64,000 nucleotides of DNA from positions 7,583 through 71,582 of the forward strand of contig JAJZLN010000007.1 of the NCBI GenBank assembly GCA_021803425.1, written 5' to 3'. The first letter of the stretch is position 1. The number at the start of each line of letters is the position of its first letter. This DNA comes from Candidatus Micrarchaeota archaeon. GTDB lineage: Archaea > Micrarchaeota > Micrarchaeia > Micrarchaeales > CABMGC01. Both the position numbers and the translations under genes were made by a program. Shown piece after piece: positions 61,905 to 64,000 of this stretch. The notes beneath the pieces are model-generated. The model was not told the origin of the DNA. It saw only the letters and a list, made by a program, of their open reading frames with translations, and made no database searches.

Positions 61905-63519
61905 CTTTTCCATCCAGTTCACCTGCAAAGTCAATGTTGTCAACGGATGAAAACCTGAACACATTGCACATCCTTTCGGAATAGTCTTTATATACATCAT
62001 CATTGACTATGACGATGACACTGCCGTATTTTTCTCCCCTTTTTGCAATCATGGCCATGGATTCTTCAATCTTCTTGCTTCCGGTCTCATATTCCACTGC
62101 AATCTGCCTCCCGCCCCTGTATGCGATTATGTCCGGTCCGAATGAGCTGTTGTATATCCTGTTTCTTATTCCCTGCGACTTCAGCTTTTTGCTTATTATC
62201 CCTATTGCTATATCATGCTCAGGGCTGTTGTGTGCGTCCGATATGTACCATGTTCCGGAGAAGCCGCCGCACAGCACACCGTGCTTTCTGATCTTTCCAG
62301 AGGATAAAAGGTTCTGTATTGCGTCCCTGACCGCGTTCTCTTCCTCTCCTGCCTTTTCTAAAAGACCTCTTTCGCTTATTCCTCCTCTTGCAAGCTCGCT
62401 TACCATGTATTCTATATTTGCTGCTCCCTTCGCATGCAAGAACCTTACGAGGTATGGGTTGGGATGCTGCGAGTTAAGCACAATTGCTCTTCCTCGGCCA
62501 AGGTTCCTAAGCGCCTTCTTTACCTCTATGTATCTGCTCGATTCATTTCCGCCTGCGATGAAGTTGGATATATAATTAAGCTCTTCGGGCTCCCTCATTC
62601 CGAACGAGACCAGCATGGCCGCATTTCCGCGCAGCTCCCTGTCTATCTCCTTGGCCCTCTGCGATATTGCAATTATTCCTATCCCGTATTTTCTTCCTTC
62701 TGCAGCGAGCCTTCCGATTATCGGATTGTCTCCAAGCTTCTCCGCCTCGTCAATCACTATGTAAAAGGTTCGGTGCCTGTCCTTGCCGTGCAGCAGCATA
62801 TGCGAATATACCTTCCTCAGGAATCCCTCAATGTATATGCTCTGCGATTCCGGCGTATGGAGGCTTGAAAGCAGGAATATGCTGTTGCATTCGGCCACTT
62901 TTTCCATCTCCGCGCTCTTCTGGAATGCGCCATTGTCTATGAGCGACAATCTCCTCTCCAAAGCGTAAAGTATGTTCTTTTCAGCCGCAGAGCGTGAATT
63001 CTTTATAAATATTTTTACAGAGAAGATCAGGTCGTGTATGTTCGGGGTTCTGCAGTTCTCTGCGGCAATCCTGTAGGTGTAGGCAATGCACTTGTATAGC
63101 ATGTATGACTGCACTTCTCCTAGCCTGAAGTTCCTCTTCAGCATTCCAGTTATTTCGCTTGTCTTCTCCCTCTCGCTCATTCCGTCAAGCTCGAACATGT
63201 TTATTCCGTTCCTTGATGCATCATATATCTCGGCAGATATCCCCTTCGATATCTCGACATATTCGCTGTGGGGATCTAGTATCGCTACGTTAGCTCCGTC
63301 ACTGCACAACGAACCGACTATCGTTTTGCAGGCGTTAGATTTGCCTCCGCCGCTGCTGCCCACGATCATTATATGCTGGTTTATCATCCGTTTCGCATCG
63401 ATAGAGAAGCCAGAAAAATACCTTCTCTTCCACATCCATCTCCTTTCTCCGAAACCAAAGCTGTTGAACTTCAGCTCCTTTTCAACATTTCCAATAGCGT
63501 TGTTATTTTTTTGGAACAT
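61888..63519 (-). CDS. HerA/DUF87-like P-loop ATPase fused to a wHTH and a C-terminal Hjc/PD-(D/E)xK-like nuclease domain
   Basis: It has Walker A (IVGSSGGGKSN), LDPHSEY, Walker B (FYIVIDEAEKL) and IIAISQR. The C-terminus reads EHDIAIGIISKKLKSQG...GPDIIAYRGGRQIAVEYETGSKK. Confidence 0.65.
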   Translation of the reverse strand: MFQKNNNAIGNVEKELKFNSFGFGERRWMWKRRYFSGFSIDAKRMINQHIMIVGSSGGGKSNACKTIVGSLCSDGANVAILDPHSEYVEISKGISAEIYDASRNGINMFELDGMSEREKTSEITGMLKRNFRLGEVQSYMLYKCIAYTYRIAAENCRTPNIHDLIFSVKIFIKNSRSAAEKNILYALERRLSLIDNGAFQKSAEMEKVAECNSIFLLSSLHTPESQSIYIEGFLRKVYSHMLLHGKDRHRTFYIVIDEAEKLGDNPIIGRLAAEGRKYGIGIIAISQRAKEIDRELRGNAAMLVSFGMREPEELNYISNFIAGGNESSRYIEVKKALRNLGRGRAIVLNSQHPNPYLVRFLHAKGAANIEYMVSELARGGISERGLLEKAGEEENAVRDAIQNLLSSGKIRKHGVLCGGFSGTWYISDAHNSPEHDIAIGIISKKLKSQGIRNRIYNSSFGPDIIAYRGGRQIAVEYETGSKKIEESMAMIAKRGEKYGSVIVIVNDDVYKDYSERMCNVFRFSSVDNIDFAGELDGKVKAGV

Positions 63520-63539
63520 AAAATCGCCTTAGCGTATAT

Positions 63540-64000
63540 TCAGGAAAAGAGTCCTCTTACGAGGGCTATCTCTTCAGCTTCCCCTATCTCCGTGCTCGCG
63601 GGGGTCTCAAGCACTATTATCTTTTCGCTTATGCCTTCATAATTCAGGAAGCTCCTGAATCCCTCTATCCCTATGTGCCCCTTGCCTATGTTCGCATGCC
63701 TGTCCCTTCGCGACCCGAGCTCCATCTTTGCATCATTAAGGTGTATTGCAAACACATCATTCATGTCTATCTCCGAAAATATCCTGTCCAGCGCCTTATG
63801 GCTCGTTATGTCATATCCTGCTGCGAACAGGTGGCATGTGTCGAGGCAGAATCCAAGCAGTTTGCCTTTCACGGAATCCCTGACTTCATACAGATCCCTT
63901 ATTTCATCTCCTATGCTGTTCTTGTGCCCTGCCTCATTCTCAAGAAGTATCCTCGTCTTCAGGCCAGGCTTCAGCGCGCTTTCCACCGCATCTATCACAT
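63540..64000 (-). CDS. nfo: Endonuclease IV (N-terminus lies beyond the window end)
   Basis: It has LENEAGHKNSIG, CLDTCHLFAAGYD and IHLNDAK...GSRRDRHANIGKGHIG. At about 152 aa in the window it is too short for a complete Nfo. Confidence 0.85.
   Translation of the reverse strand, partial: VIDAVESALKPGLKTRILLENEAGHKNSIGDEIRDLYEVRDSVKGKLLGFCLDTCHLFAAGYDITSHKALDRIFSEIDMNDVFAIHLNDAKMELGSRRDRHANIGKGHIGIEGFRSFLNYEGISEKIIVLETPASTEIGEAEEIALVRGLFS

Noticed and set aside
1-64000. A search by eye for CRISPR arrays, rRNA genes, transposases or integrases, and long terminal inverted repeats.
   Set aside because: I found no regularly spaced direct repeats, no rRNA-like conserved stretches and no DDE or tyrosine-recombinase-like ORFs. 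The only repeats found are those listed as features: the pilin 5' block, the AbiE direct repeats and the GT4 3' modules.

Overview
This is a gene-dense archaeal chromosomal window. Archaeal hallmarks are the r-protein operon uL3-uL4-uL23-uL2-uS19-uL22, uL16/L10e, Dph2, SRP54, an intron-containing tRNA and mevalonate-pathway genes. The style suggests a small-genome DPANN/Micrarchaeota- or Thermoplasmata-like lineage, but that cannot be confirmed without searches. All calls rest on reading the ORF translations for motifs I recognise; no homology search was run.

Main content:
1. Ribosomal operon (1-3610, minus strand).
2. A dispersed family of type IV pilin-like genes sharing a Q-x3-E class III signal. 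It comprises two tandem major-pilin paralogs (3759-5137), further copies at 32133 and 58318, and a tightly coupled Epd/Tad-like pilus operon (15755-21586) with an ATPase, a split platform and 6-7 pilin-like genes.
3. A mevalonate entry cluster: hmgA divergent from korAB, HMG-CoA synthase, thiolase and DUF35, with a type-1 IDI elsewhere.
4. A bacterial-type Ni-superoxide dismutase with its maturation protease (23518-24311).
5. An uncharacterised sugar-activation module of SIS isomerase, NTP-transferase/kinase fusion, HAD and GT9-like protein (24321-27771).
6. An AbiEi/AbiEii cassette bracketed by 32-bp direct repeats that duplicate the 3' end of ogg (33291-34794).
7. A roughly 19-kb glycosylation region (35.7-54.7 kb), A/T-rich from about 38.2 kb. 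It carries a diacetamido-sugar trio, a GmhA/GmhB/HddA heptose block with RmlC/RmlD/GMD-like modifiers, and duplicated GT2-like+GT4 modules with near-identical GT4 3' ends. A flippase and a downstream Ig-repeat/DUF2341 surface protein complete it.
8. tRNA-Ile(UAU) with a 36-nt intron, flanked by two genes whose conserved N-termini lie upstream of any canonical start codon.
9. A HerA-like ATPase fused to a wHTH and an Hjc/PD-(D/E)xK-like nuclease domain (61888-63519).

I saw no rRNA, CRISPR array, transposase or integrase.
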